Notes: a model not told the origin generated them from the letters alone. 64,000 nt of DNA from an uncultured bacterium (GCA_963786935.1 CAWBAN010000001.1:736001-800000); one strand, 5' to 3'. Positions 1-9,652 are shown, counted from the stretch's first letter. Made by a program: numbers and translations.

Positions 1-1
1 C

Positions 2-226
2 GCGATCATCCCGCTGTTCGTCGTCGGGCTGCTCCTGACGGCGCGGCGCGCCCGGGAGCTCGCCGATCTCCACGGCGTCATTCTCGTGCATACGGCGACC
101 GCGATGATCTTCTTCGGATCGCTCCGATCGCGGATGGGAGTCGAGCCCGTGATCGCCGTTTTCGCCGGTTTCTGCGCGATGCGGCTTCTCGCCGTGATCC
201 GGCGGAGAGACGATCCGAGCTGGTGA
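2..226 (+). CDS. C-terminal end of a membrane protein, possibly a GT-C/ArnT-like glycosyltransferase (5' truncated by the window edge)
   Basis: Open frame from base 2 to TGA at 224-226; hydrophobic translation AIIPLFVVGLLL...IFFGSLRSRMGVEPVIAVF. Confidence 0.55.
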   Translation, partial: AIIPLFVVGLLLTARRARELADLHGVILVHTATAMIFFGSLRSRMGVEPVIAVFAGFCAMRLLAVIRRRDDPSW

Positions 227-287
227 TGCTCGGCGACCGCATTTCCGAGCGGACGGCGCCGCGAACGGGGCGGACGCATTTTGCTGA

Positions 288-317
288 TTGACAAGATAGG
301 CCGTTTTGTGATAGTAT
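288..317 (+). promoter_or_regulatory. Sigma70-type promoter
   Basis: TTGACA (288-293), 18 bp, TAGTAT (312-317) in an AT-rich intergenic region. Confidence 0.6.
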
Positions 318-341
318 TTGGCTGTCGAAGGAGGATCGTAA

Positions 342-462
342 AGAGCGTTTGCTATAGGAATCTTGCTTTGAAGCACAGAGGCTAACACCTGCCCGCTTTG
401 AAGTAATGTTTTTATGGCAAACGTTTTGTTTTGCCCGGGCAGGTCGATCGCCCGGGTTTTTT
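342..462 (+). ncRNA. Putative structured cis-regulatory leader RNA (long G-U-rich hairpin plus terminator)
   Basis: 342-374 pairs with 395-427 almost continuously with 9 G-U pairs; loop segment ACCTGCCCG (387-395) is complementary to CGGGCAGGT (436-444), which overlaps the terminator. Confidence 0.6.
433..462 (+). terminator. Intrinsic terminator in the 5' leader of the glycan operon
   Basis: GCCCGGGC-9 nt-GCCCGGGT followed by a T run. Confidence 0.7.
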
Positions 463-481
463 AGTGGCTATGGAGGCAACA

Positions 482-1171
482 ATGGCTGGATCCCCGGAAC
501 TGCAAGAAGCGGTATACAGCAAGGAGCCGGCTGCGAGCATCGTCGAAATCAACATGGCCCGAGGGAGCCGATGCTACGCCGTTGTGAAGAGGGGCACGGA
601 TATCGCGGTCGCCGTCTTCCTCCTGACGCTCTTTCTTCCCCTCATCCCGGTCGTGACGATTCTCATCAAGCTTGATTCACCCGGCCCTATCTTCTTCAGG
701 CAGAAGCGCGTCGGCAAGAACGGCCGTGTGTTCGATTTCTTCAAGTTCCGCTCGATGGTCAGCGGCGCCGAGGACGTCATCGGGGCGCTCCGGCCCCTCA
801 GCAGCGTCGACGGCCCCGTTTTCAAGATCAAGGAAGATCCGCGCGTCACACGCGTCGGGCGCTTCCTGCGGCGTTCGAGCCTCGACGAGCTGCCGCAGCT
901 CTTGAACGTGATCAAGGGGGAAATGAGCATCGTCGGACCGCGGCCCAATCTCCCCTCGGAAGTGTCACAGTACCTGCCCTGGCAACGGCGGCGTCTCGAA
1001 GTGACGCCGGGAATCACCTGTTTCTGGCAGATCGCCGGACGCAGCCATATCGGCTTCCAGGAATGGATGCGTCTCGATCTCGAGTACGTGCGTAAGCGAA
1101 GCTATATCACGGACCTCAAGATCATGCTCAAAACAGTTCCTGCCGTGATTGCCAGGAAGGGAGCCTACTGA
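482..1171 (+). CDS. Priming sugar transferase (polyprenyl-phosphate glycosylphosphotransferase, Bac_transf family)
   Basis: Motifs KRGTDI, FKFRSM, DPRVTRVGRFLRRSSLDELPQ, GEMSIVGPRP, PGITCFWQ; SD GGAGG before ATG 482. Confidence 0.9.
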   Translation: MAGSPELQEAVYSKEPAASIVEINMARGSRCYAVVKRGTDIAVAVFLLTLFLPLIPVVTILIKLDSPGPIFFRQKRVGKNGRVFDFFKFRSMVSGAEDVIGALRPLSSVDGPVFKIKEDPRVTRVGRFLRRSSLDELPQLLNVIKGEMSIVGPRPNLPSEVSQYLPWQRRRLEVTPGITCFWQIAGRSHIGFQEWMRLDLEYVRKRSYITDLKIMLKTVPAVIARKGAY

Positions 1172-1203
1172 TCTCCCGGGCATACAACTTGCATTTAAAC
1201 AAA

Positions 1204-1261
1204 TTGACAGAGTTCGCCCTTGCATGTAGATTTTTCTACAAATGCTTGCAATTGCAGGCAT
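1204..1261 (+). promoter_or_regulatory. Sigma70 promoter overlapped by two palindromes (candidate operators)
   Basis: TTGACA (1204)-17-TAGATT (1227); inverted repeats TGTAGA-N4-TCTACA (1225-1240) and ATGCTTGCAA/TTGCAGGCAT (1242-1261). Confidence 0.6.
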
Positions 1262-1294
1262 AAGTGCGGATTCTCTGCGGAGTGAAGGCGGATC

Positions 1295-2086
1295 ATGAAT
1301 AGTCGGGGCGCACACATTCTGGCCGTCGCCGGTCTGTCCTGCTTCATCCTCATGGGGTGCGCGGGGGCGGGGAGCCGCTACATTTCGAATCAAGACGGAA
1401 AGGTGGAGCGCGGAAAGCTCATCCTCGATTCCATTCCCGTGCGGCCGGAGCCGGAGGAATACGTCGTCGGGCACGGGGATGCGATTGATATTCTCTTTCT
1501 CTACAATACCGATCTCAACCAGATCGAGCTCAAGGTCAGGCCGGACGGGAAGATCTCGCTCCCGTACGTGGGGGACGTTCTCGCCGCGGGAAAGCCGGTT
1601 TCCGTCCTCGACAGCATTCTCACGGCGCGATACTCCGAGATCATCCTGGATCCCGATATCACCGTCGTCATGCGGAATTTCCGGCCGGAAGTCGTGTACA
1701 CGCTCGGAGAGGTCCGGAATCCGGGCGGCTACGATTTCAACAGCGGCATGACCCTCCTCAACGCCCTGACGCTCTGCGGCGGTCCGGACAAGAGCGCGAA
1801 GCGGAGCGAGGTCCTCGTCATCAGACGGATCGCGCCCGACCATATCATCGGCATCCAGGTCAACATCGACGACCTGCTGTCCCGAAAGCATTTCGAGCTC
1901 GATGTTCCGCTTCAGGCGTACGACATCGTCTACGTGCCGAAATCGAGCATCGCGCGCGGGCAGGATTTCATGATCGCCCTCAAAGACCTTTTGATGAATC
2001 CGGCCGATCTCTACCTGAAGGGATGGCAGGTCGCCAACGTGCAGATCCTCTACGACTATTATACGCGGACGGGGGGTGTGTACTGA
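1295..2086 (+). CDS. wza: Polysaccharide export lipoprotein (Wza/OPX family, SLBB domain)
   Basis: Lipobox-like LMGC; YVVGHGDAIDI...VRPDGKISLPYVG; VYTLGEVRNPG. Confidence 0.85.
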   Translation: MNSRGAHILAVAGLSCFILMGCAGAGSRYISNQDGKVERGKLILDSIPVRPEPEEYVVGHGDAIDILFLYNTDLNQIELKVRPDGKISLPYVGDVLAAGKPVSVLDSILTARYSEIILDPDITVVMRNFRPEVVYTLGEVRNPGGYDFNSGMTLLNALTLCGGPDKSAKRSEVLVIRRIAPDHIIGIQVNIDDLLSRKHFELDVPLQAYDIVYVPKSSIARGQDFMIALKDLLMNPADLYLKGWQVANVQILYDYYTRTGGVY

Positions 2087-2092
2087 GGGCCT

Positions 2093-3508
2093 ATGGAAAC
2101 GTTCGAGGCGAAGAAAGAGTCGACGGTAAAGGATTTCCTCGAGGTCATCTTCCGCCGGAAGTGGATCATCCTCGGTATCGTCGTCGTTTCCACGGCGATC
2201 GTCGTCATCATCAACATGGGGAAACCGGCCGAGTACGAATCGAGCGCGAAGGTGCTCATCAAGCGCGGCGAGGCGCCGGGCGTGTTCGATCGAGGCGTCC
2301 GGACCCTGGATTGGGAAGAGGAAATCGCCTCGCAGATCGAAATGGTCAAATCGCAAACGGTCGCCTCGAATGCGCAGGGCATGGTGTCGAAGTTCTTTCC
2401 CGCGGGATATACGACTGACCGGAAGATCCTGCTCACGAAGATCAACGCCGGGGTCGTCACGACGTCGAACGTGATCTGGGTCACGTACGGATCGGACGAT
2501 CCTGTGTTCGTCGAGGCCGCGGTCAACGCGATCGTCACGGCCTACCGGGCGTACTACAGCAACATCAAGACCCCTCCCGAGATGGAGGATTTCTTCTCGC
2601 AGGAGATCGAGCGGCTCCAGGAGGAGATGGAATATTGGCGTGAGCACAAGGAAAAGGTGCTCAAGGAAGGGGATATCCTCGACATCACCGACCAGCGGCG
2701 AAACCTGCTCACCCGGATCGTCGGCTACCAGAACGAGGTGGACCAGGTCGGCCGGGAGCGCAGCGAGAAGGAAGCGGTGATCGAGCGGCTCGACAGTCTC
2801 CTCGGCCTGCGGGTCGAGGATCTCGCGGCGATTTCGAGCGATCTGACGCAATCGGCGCTCGAGGAGCAGCTCATGAAGGAGCTCCGCGTCAAGCTGCAGG
2901 AGCTCCGGATCAAGGAGTCGGAGTACGCGGGCAAGTACACGGAAAAGAACCCGGAGATCCAGCGGGTCCGCATGCAGATCGAGGATCTGCGGGAGATGGT
3001 GCTCTCCGAGATACGGACGCAGATCCTGCTGAACAAGAACCAGCTCCAGATCATCCTCAAGAAAGAGGAGGCGCTCCGGCAGTCTCTCGCGAAAATCGAG
3101 ATCGAGAAGGCCCGCTATCCGCAGGCGGAAATCGAGCTCGAGCGGATCGACGCCGCCATGACGAAGCTCAAGAAAACGTACGATAACGTCGTCGAGCAGC
3201 AGATGGAGGCGAAGATCTCGCGCGCGAGCAATCCCGAATGGACCGTGACGATCCTCAATCCGGCGAGCCCCGCCTATCAGAAAAAGACGCGCGACTACGT
3301 GCGCATGGCCCTCGGACCGGCGTTCAGCCTCATCATCGCACTCGGGCTGGCCTTCTTCATCGACAACCTCGATCATTCGATCAAGAATATCGCGGATGCC
3401 GAGGAGAATCTCGGGCTCTCCGTGCTCGCGAGCTTCCCGAGACGGACAGGAAATGATGCCGTATGTACGAGGAGTATTACGGGTTCAAGGAGCTTCCCTT
3501 CAACGTGA
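2093..3508 (+). CDS. Polysaccharide chain-length determinant (Wzz/Wzc periplasmic part, GumC-like); true stop may be 3456
   Basis: N-terminal TM after RRKW, long coiled coil, C-terminal TM and E..LGL.VL..FP end. Confidence 0.8.
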   Translation: METFEAKKESTVKDFLEVIFRRKWIILGIVVVSTAIVVIINMGKPAEYESSAKVLIKRGEAPGVFDRGVRTLDWEEEIASQIEMVKSQTVASNAQGMVSKFFPAGYTTDRKILLTKINAGVVTTSNVIWVTYGSDDPVFVEAAVNAIVTAYRAYYSNIKTPPEMEDFFSQEIERLQEEMEYWREHKEKVLKEGDILDITDQRRNLLTRIVGYQNEVDQVGRERSEKEAVIERLDSLLGLRVEDLAAISSDLTQSALEEQLMKELRVKLQELRIKESEYAGKYTEKNPEIQRVRMQIEDLREMVLSEIRTQILLNKNQLQIILKKEEALRQSLAKIEIEKARYPQAEIELERIDAAMTKLKKTYDNVVEQQMEAKISRASNPEWTVTILNPASPAYQKKTRDYVRMALGPAFSLIIALGLAFFIDNLDHSIKNIADAEENLGLSVLASFPRRTGNDAVCTRSITGSRSFPST

Positions 3509-4311
3509 CGCCGGATCCGCGCTTCCTCTACCGGAGCGCGAGCCACCGCGACGCGCTCGCCTATATCACGTACGGCGTGTTCCAGCGGAAGGGGTTCATC
3601 GCGGTGACGGGGGAGGTGGGCGTGGGAAAGACGACGGTGGTCGGCGCCTTCATCGATCTGTTCCAGCCCTCCCTCGAGGTCGCGTTCATCTTCTCGACGA
3701 AGTTCCCGTTCGAGCAGCTCCTCTACCTCATCTGCAGGGATTTCGGTCTCGAGGTCGAGGGCAAGAACAAGGCGCAGATGCTGCTCGCGCTCAACGATTT
3801 CCTCATCCAGCGGAACGAGGGCAATCGCAACTCGCTTCTCATCATCGACGAGGCGCAGAATCTGTCCCCCGAGGTGCTCGAGGAGCTCCGGATGCTCTCG
3901 AACCTCGAGACGCGCGACCGGAAGCTGCTCCAGATCATGCTCGTCGGGCAGCCCGAGCTCGAAATGATCCTGAACATGAACGAGATGCGGCAGCTGCGGC
4001 AGCGGATACCGGGGATCTGCCGCATATCGATGCTCAACCGCGAGGATGTCGAGAACTATATCAAGTACCGTCTCGAGATCGCGGGGGGGGAGAACGGCGG
4101 GGCGCATTTCACCGCCGATTCATTCGACGAGATCTATCACTACTCGGGAGGGATCCCGCGGCTCATCAACGTCCTGTGCGATCGGATCCTTCTCATCGGG
4201 TACGTCGCGAACACGCGCGTCATCGACGGACGAATCGTCCGCGAGGGAATACGGGATCTCACGTCTCTCGAATCGCCGGCCGGAGAACGGCGCGTGCGGC
4301 CGCGGTCGTAG
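3463..4311 (+). CDS. ExeA/GspA-type AAA ATPase
   Basis: MYEEYYGFKELPFNVTPDPRFLY, Walker A GEVGVGKTT, IIDEAQNL, LVGQPEL, SGGIPRLIN. Confidence 0.9.
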   Translation: MYEEYYGFKELPFNVTPDPRFLYRSASHRDALAYITYGVFQRKGFIAVTGEVGVGKTTVVGAFIDLFQPSLEVAFIFSTKFPFEQLLYLICRDFGLEVEGKNKAQMLLALNDFLIQRNEGNRNSLLIIDEAQNLSPEVLEELRMLSNLETRDRKLLQIMLVGQPELEMILNMNEMRQLRQRIPGICRISMLNREDVENYIKYRLEIAGGENGGAHFTADSFDEIYHYSGGIPRLINVLCDRILLIGYVANTRVIDGRIVREGIRDLTSLESPAGERRVRPRS

Positions 4312-4336
4312 CGCCGATCGTGCGCGGGAGGTTGCA

Positions 4337-5101
4337 GTGAGCAAGATATACGACGCCCTGCGAAAAGCCGAACGCGATCGCGGACGGCCGCGCGGCAAAG
4401 CGGATCGGGCGCCCGAGGCGCCGGCGCCGCGGCTGCGGAGCGAATCGGTCCTCCTGGCGGGAATGGACGAGCAGTACCATCGCTCGCTCCTCAATCTCAA
4501 GAACGCGATCGATTCCGGGATGAAGGGGAAGGAATCGCGCGTGATCCTCTTCACGAGCGCGATCGCCGGGGAGGGAAAGACGACCATCGTCGCTTCCCTC
4601 GCGCGCGTGCTCGCGTCCGGGGAATCCTCGCGGGTGCTCCTCGTCGATTGCTCGGCGCGCGACCCGCAGCTTCACCGGCTCTTCGGGCTCGCGAACGATC
4701 GGGGCCTCGTCGATTTCCTCGCGGGGAGGGCCAAGATCAAGGACGTGATACAGACGATCGACCAGGGGGCGCTCGACATCGTGCCGGCCGGAGCGATCGG
4801 GGGTGTCGAGGGGCCCCAGATGCTCTTCGGCTCGGAGCGATTCGCGCTCTTCATCAAGGAAGCGGCCGCCGCGTACGAATACGTTCTCATCGACAGCTCG
4901 GCGATCCTCGAAGCGCCCGAAACCCCCATCATCGGCTCGCGCGCGGACGGCGTCGTGATGGTGGTCTTCGCGGGCAAGACGCGCCGCGAGGTCATCAAGC
5001 GCGCGATGCTGATGGTCGAAAAGCTCGACGGCACCTTCATCGGCACGGTTCTCAATCGGAAACGGTACTACATCCCCGAATTCATCTACAGGCGGGTATA
5101 G
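4337..5101 (+). CDS. CpsD/CapB-family tyrosine autokinase
   Basis: GTG start after GGAGG; SKIYDALRKA, TSAIAGEGKTT, VLLVD, GTVLN, Tyr-containing tail. Confidence 0.85.
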   Translation: MSKIYDALRKAERDRGRPRGKADRAPEAPAPRLRSESVLLAGMDEQYHRSLLNLKNAIDSGMKGKESRVILFTSAIAGEGKTTIVASLARVLASGESSRVLLVDCSARDPQLHRLFGLANDRGLVDFLAGRAKIKDVIQTIDQGALDIVPAGAIGGVEGPQMLFGSERFALFIKEAAAAYEYVLIDSSAILEAPETPIIGSRADGVVMVVFAGKTRREVIKRAMLMVEKLDGTFIGTVLNRKRYYIPEFIYRRV

Positions 5102-5109
5102 ATCACACG

Positions 5110-6305
5110 GTGGAACGATCCCGCGCGTGGTGGCATGATCGATCGAGAGCGTTTCTCTCGGAATGCGCCCGCCTCGTCGAACGCCGCGTCGGCGGCGACG
5201 CGAGCGAATCGGTGTTTGTGTGCGGGAGCTTCGCGTCGGGAGACGAGTCCGTCGTTCTCGAAACGGATCCTCCCGTGCTGCTCTCGGACGTCGATCTCGT
5301 CGTGATCGTGAAATCGCTCCAAACCCTTCTCGAATGGAGCGGCCGCCGGGCGGAGCTCGGCGCGGCGTGCGAGGAGCTCTGGCCCGACATCCGGTTCTCG
5401 GGCCGGGTCGACGTCGGGATGATGCTCGCGCGCGACCTCGCCGCGATGCCGGCCAAGCCGGGCGTCTACGACATGCGCGCGCGGGGACGGGTGCTCGCGG
5501 GCGATCCGGCGATTCTCGGGCGCATTCCCGCGTACGCGCCGGCGGACATCACGGCGCGCGAGGCGGTCGTACTCGTCGAGAACAGAGGCGTCTCGCTCCT
5601 CGGCGCGCGCCCCGGGACACGTCGGGAAGCGGACGTGGAACCGTACGCGTTTCCCTATCTGATCGCGCGCGCGTACACCGATATCGCGGCCGCGGCGCTC
5701 TCGATCGCGGGGGCCTACGTTCCCGGCTACGCCGTCCGCGCGCGTCTCGTGAGGGAAATGGCCGGCCCCGGCGGGAACGGAATGGTCGCCGCGCTGGTCG
5801 GCGACGCGCTCGTCGACCGGATCGTGCGCTGGACGGCCTACAAGCTCGAGCCGTCGCTCGCGACGGCGGGGCTCGACCGGGAATCGCGCGCCGTCGAGAC
5901 GATCTGGGCGGCGGCGGCGGCGGATCTCGTCGAATTCTGGAAGCGGGCGCGGAGCGCCGAGCGGGATGCTGCGCGCGGCGCGGCAATCGGCGGCGGAAGG
6001 GCGGGACGGGGGGGAATACGGCTCGACCATCTGCGCGCGTGGAAAACGTATCTCGCGAATTCGAGCGCGCCGAAGCGGCTCGCGCTCGTCGCGGCGCTCG
6101 GGAGCACGCTCTTCGTTCGAACCCCCTTCGACGTGGTGCGCGAGGAAGGGATGCGGCTCCTCGATCATCGCGTCGCGTTCGGGGCCGCGGTTCCGGTGCG
6201 CGCGCCGCGCGCCGGATTCCCGCATCGCGGGGGGACTGGAATCGGGCGGCGGGGGAGATCTGCGCCGCGTGGAACGGGTTCGTATTCGGGCGCGCGGGAG
6301 GATGA
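5110..6305 (+). CDS. Pol-beta-superfamily nucleotidyltransferase-domain protein (probable frameshift at G-run 6229-6234)
   Basis: VFVCGSFASGD...SDVDLVVIV (GS...DxD motif); adding one G gives a stop at 6305, just before the next gene. Confidence 0.6.
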
Positions 6306-6308
6306 TCC

Positions 6309-7460
6309 GTGGGCAGAAGCACCGTCGTGATTCTCATTGATGCGCTCGGACACTCCATCGTCCGGCGGCACGGCTTTCGGCCCGGCGATCTGAGCGCCGC
6401 CGCGCGCGTCAGGAGCGTTCTCGGATTCAGCCAGGCCGCGCTCGCGACGATCTTCACCGGGGCGATGCCGGAGCGCCACGGACTTTGGATGATGTACTCC
6501 TTCGCGGCGAACGGATCGCCGTTCGCGTGGCTCCGTCTCGTTCCGCCCGGCGTTTCGGCGCGACGGCTCTGGCTTCGGCGAATGATCGCCTGGAATCTGG
6601 CGCACATGAGCGCGGTTCGAGGCTATTACAGCCTGTACGACGTGCCGCGCGCCGTGCTGCCGTACCTCGATATTCCCGCGCGGAAGGATTTGTTCTCGCC
6701 GCTCGGCGGCGGATCGTCCCCGAACGTCTTCGACCGGCTCGAGAGCGGCGGCGTACCGCGCATGGTTTGGGATTACCGGACTCCCGAGCCCCGGGCGTTC
6801 GACGAGCTCGAGGAAGCGGTGCGATCGAACCGGGCGTCGTTCTACCTTCTCTACACGGCCGGGCTCGATTCGGATCTGCACCGGTACGGGACGGCGGCGC
6901 CGCGGATCGGCGAGCGCCTCGCGTGGTACACCGAGCGGATCGCGCGCGTATCGGCGGCCGCGCGGAGCGCCGGCGGCGCGCGCGTCGTCGTGCTCGGCGA
7001 TCACGGCATGTGCGACGTGCGGGGGAGCGTCGATCTCATGAGCGCCATCGACGAGCTCGATCTCGAGATTCCCCGCGATTACGTCCCCTTCTTCGATTCG
7101 ACGATGGCCCGGTTCAAGATCGGCACCGCCCGCGCGCGGAATGCGATCGAGGAATGTCTCGGCCGTATCGCTTCGGGGCGGATCCTGAGCGCCGGCGAGC
7201 TTCGCGATCTCGGCGTTTCGTTTCCCGATGGCAGGTTCGGGGACCTGATCTATCTCGCCGATCCGGGCGTCATCATCCTGCCGAGCCATATGGGGAGCGA
7301 AGGCGTCGCGGCCATGCACGGCTATCATCCCGACACCGAGGAGATGTGCAGCGCCCTGTTTTCGAACGACGAGCCGCCGGCGGCGGACATGGCCCTCTCC
7401 GACGTCGCGGCATTCATGCTTCCGGGATTCGATCCGGGGCGTGGGGGGGAGCGGCCGTGA
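6309..7460 (+). CDS. Alkaline phosphatase superfamily / type I phosphodiesterase-like protein
   Basis: ILIDALG, TIFTG..P..HG, LDSDLHRYG, VLGDHGM, MHGY. Confidence 0.8.
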   Translation: MGRSTVVILIDALGHSIVRRHGFRPGDLSAAARVRSVLGFSQAALATIFTGAMPERHGLWMMYSFAANGSPFAWLRLVPPGVSARRLWLRRMIAWNLAHMSAVRGYYSLYDVPRAVLPYLDIPARKDLFSPLGGGSSPNVFDRLESGGVPRMVWDYRTPEPRAFDELEEAVRSNRASFYLLYTAGLDSDLHRYGTAAPRIGERLAWYTERIARVSAAARSAGGARVVVLGDHGMCDVRGSVDLMSAIDELDLEIPRDYVPFFDSTMARFKIGTARARNAIEECLGRIASGRILSAGELRDLGVSFPDGRFGDLIYLADPGVIILPSHMGSEGVAAMHGYHPDTEEMCSALFSNDEPPAADMALSDVAAFMLPGFDPGRGGERP

Positions 7461-7462
7461 CG

Positions 7463-8956
7463 ATGGAGAGGATCGGGCGCGCCATGTCATGGAGCCTCGT
7501 TGCGCGGGTCGCTGCTTCCGCGGCGGGCTTCGCGGCGAATATCGTGATCGTCCGATCGCTCAGCGAGCATGACTGGGGAATGTACAGCGAGATCAGGACG
7601 ATACTGCAGTTCGTCCTCGTGATCGTCATGATCGGGATCGACGCGGCGATCCTCAAGTTCGCCCCCCTGCTGCGGACGAACGGCGGCGCCTCGTCGTTCA
7701 TGCGCACGTTTCGAACGCTCCTCCTCGTCCAGATCGGCGTCTGGATCTGCGTGCTCGCGCTGAGCCGGTACGGGGGAAATGTCCTGAGCGTGTTCTTCCG
7801 CGATCCGTCGGGGCGTTTCGGCTTCTATCTTCAGATCGCGGTCGTCTGTTTCATATTCGAGGTCCTCGTCCTGCTCCTCAACAACTTCTTTCAATCATGG
7901 TACGAGACGAAGCGGCTCGCGGCCGTCGTGGCGGGAGGGAACGCGATCTACTTCGCGCTCGTCGCCGCCGCGATGAATAGGGATCTCGGCGTCGCGGCGG
8001 TGCTCGTCGCGGGGGGCGTGATGAATTGCTTCATCATCGCGCTCCTTGTACCGCGCGCCCGGGCCCTGCTGCGTTCGGTCGCGGCGGCGGGAAGGGGGCC
8101 CGGCGTGACCGGCGTGCTCAAGTTCTCGCTCCCCTTCGTCGTGACCGGACTCCTCGGGCAGATCGTCTGGCGGCAATCGGAAGTGCTGTTCCTCGGGCAT
8201 TTCACGGGAGCGGAGGCGGCGGGATTCTTCAAGTTGGCCTACGGGCTGCCGCAAATGCTCCTCGAGTTCGTTCCGCTCACGGTATGGCCGATCGTCATGG
8301 CGGGGATGAGCGAGCTCTACTCCAAGGACGCCTCCACGCTCCCCCGGGCGATCCGGCTCTATTACAAGCTCATTTTCCTCCTCGTCGTCCCCGTCGCCGC
8401 GATGGGCTTCGCGTTCTCGAGGCAGCTCGTGCCGATCGTTTACACCGCGAAAATGCTTCCAGCAGCGTTACTTACGCAGTTGTTTTTCGTTGTCTTTTCA
8501 TACTCCTTTCTCTATACTCCGCTCAGCATGGCGTTCTACGTCATGGGGAAAAGCTGGGTTAATATGTTGATATTCATGTCGTTAGCGGCGATCGAGATAG
8601 GTCTGGATCTTGCATTGATCCCGCCGTACGGCATGTGGGGAGCGATCGGGTCCGTATCGCTCGTGCTTCTGATGGGCGTCGTACTCTTCCATGCGGTCAT
8701 GAGAAGGGTGCGCCCCGACGTGAAAACGCCGGCTGGATTCATCGTCCGTTGCACGCTCGCCGCGGTGCCGACGTGTCTGTTGTCGCTGCTCGCGAGCCGG
8801 TGGAGCTCCCCGGCCGCGCTCGCGCTCTTGATGGGGGCCGGCGTCGTTCTGCTCATCGCCGGATTCCGCGCGTTGAAGGTCATCGGGGACGAGGAGAAGG
8901 AGATGATCCGCACCCTGCCGATACCGGCGAAGGAACGGATCCTTTCGATATTCTAG
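7463..8956 (+). CDS. wzx: Wzx-type oligosaccharide flippase (MOP superfamily)
   Basis: About 13-14 hydrophobic segments; LKFSLP, LIPPYGMWGA. Confidence 0.8.
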   Translation: MERIGRAMSWSLVARVAASAAGFAANIVIVRSLSEHDWGMYSEIRTILQFVLVIVMIGIDAAILKFAPLLRTNGGASSFMRTFRTLLLVQIGVWICVLALSRYGGNVLSVFFRDPSGRFGFYLQIAVVCFIFEVLVLLLNNFFQSWYETKRLAAVVAGGNAIYFALVAAAMNRDLGVAAVLVAGGVMNCFIIALLVPRARALLRSVAAAGRGPGVTGVLKFSLPFVVTGLLGQIVWRQSEVLFLGHFTGAEAAGFFKLAYGLPQMLLEFVPLTVWPIVMAGMSELYSKDASTLPRAIRLYYKLIFLLVVPVAAMGFAFSRQLVPIVYTAKMLPAALLTQLFFVVFSYSFLYTPLSMAFYVMGKSWVNMLIFMSLAAIEIGLDLALIPPYGMWGAIGSVSLVLLMGVVLFHAVMRRVRPDVKTPAGFIVRCTLAAVPTCLLSLLASRWSSPAALALLMGAGVVLLIAGFRALKVIGDEEKEMIRTLPIPAKERILSIF

Positions 8957-8967
8957 AGGAGCGCAGC

Positions 8968-9642
8968 ATGTATCGCGGCAAGAGAATCTCGGTCGTCATC
9001 CCGTGCTACAACGAGGAGGACGGGCTTGCCCGCGTCATCCCGGCCCTCCCGAAGTCGGTCGACGAGGTCGTCGTCGCCGACAATAACTCGACCGACGGCA
9101 CCGCGTCGGTGGCCCGCCGTCTCGGCGCCGTGGTGGTGTTCGAGGCGCGGAAGGGATACGGGGCCGCGTACAAGGCCGGGCTCGCCGCGGTAACGGGGGA
9201 TATCACGGTCACGATGGACGGGGACGGCACGTATCCGATGGATCAGATCGAGGAATGCGTCGGATTCTTTCTCGACAACGGCCTCGATTTTCTGAACGCG
9301 TCCCGGTTTCCGCTCGAGAACGCGGGAGCGATGAACTTCTCGAACAAGGTGGGGAACGCCGTTCTCACCTTCGCGACGCTCGTGCTCTTCATGCGCGGCA
9401 TCCGAGACTCGCAATCGGGAATGTGGATTTTCAGGAGCTCGCTCTTCCGGGAGCTCGCGCCGCGGAGCGACGGCATGCCGTTCAGCGAGGAGATCAAGAT
9501 CAAGGCGCTCCGGCGTCCCGGCGTCAAGTTCGACGAGTATCACATCCGCTATCATCCGAGAATCGGCGAGGTCAAGCTCGAAAAATGGAAAGACGGCTTC
9601 CGCAATCTCTGGTATCTCGTGAAACTCAGATTCGAACGATAA
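8968..9642 (+). CDS. GT2 polyprenol-phosphate glycosyltransferase (DPM1/GtrB-like)
   Basis: SVVIPCYNEE, DNNSTDGT, GYGAA, MDGDGTYP, DSQSG. Confidence 0.9.
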   Translation: MYRGKRISVVIPCYNEEDGLARVIPALPKSVDEVVVADNNSTDGTASVARRLGAVVVFEARKGYGAAYKAGLAAVTGDITVTMDGDGTYPMDQIEECVGFFLDNGLDFLNASRFPLENAGAMNFSNKVGNAVLTFATLVLFMRGIRDSQSGMWIFRSSLFRELAPRSDGMPFSEEIKIKALRRPGVKFDEYHIRYHPRIGEVKLEKWKDGFRNLWYLVKLRFER

Positions 9643-9652
9643 GGAGTGCGCA

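Noticed and set aside
415..430. GGCAAAC resembling a c-di-GMP-I riboswitch
   Set aside because: The GNRA loop/receptor and P2-P3 layout are missing, and the bases are used in the long hairpin.
965..3376. Long antisense ORFs (also 31024-33831, 35724-38063, 46084-48141, 48231-50189, 52389-54794 and others)
   Set aside because: They are shadows of real genes on the opposite strand, caused by high GC3 and few stop codons, and carry no recognisable motifs.
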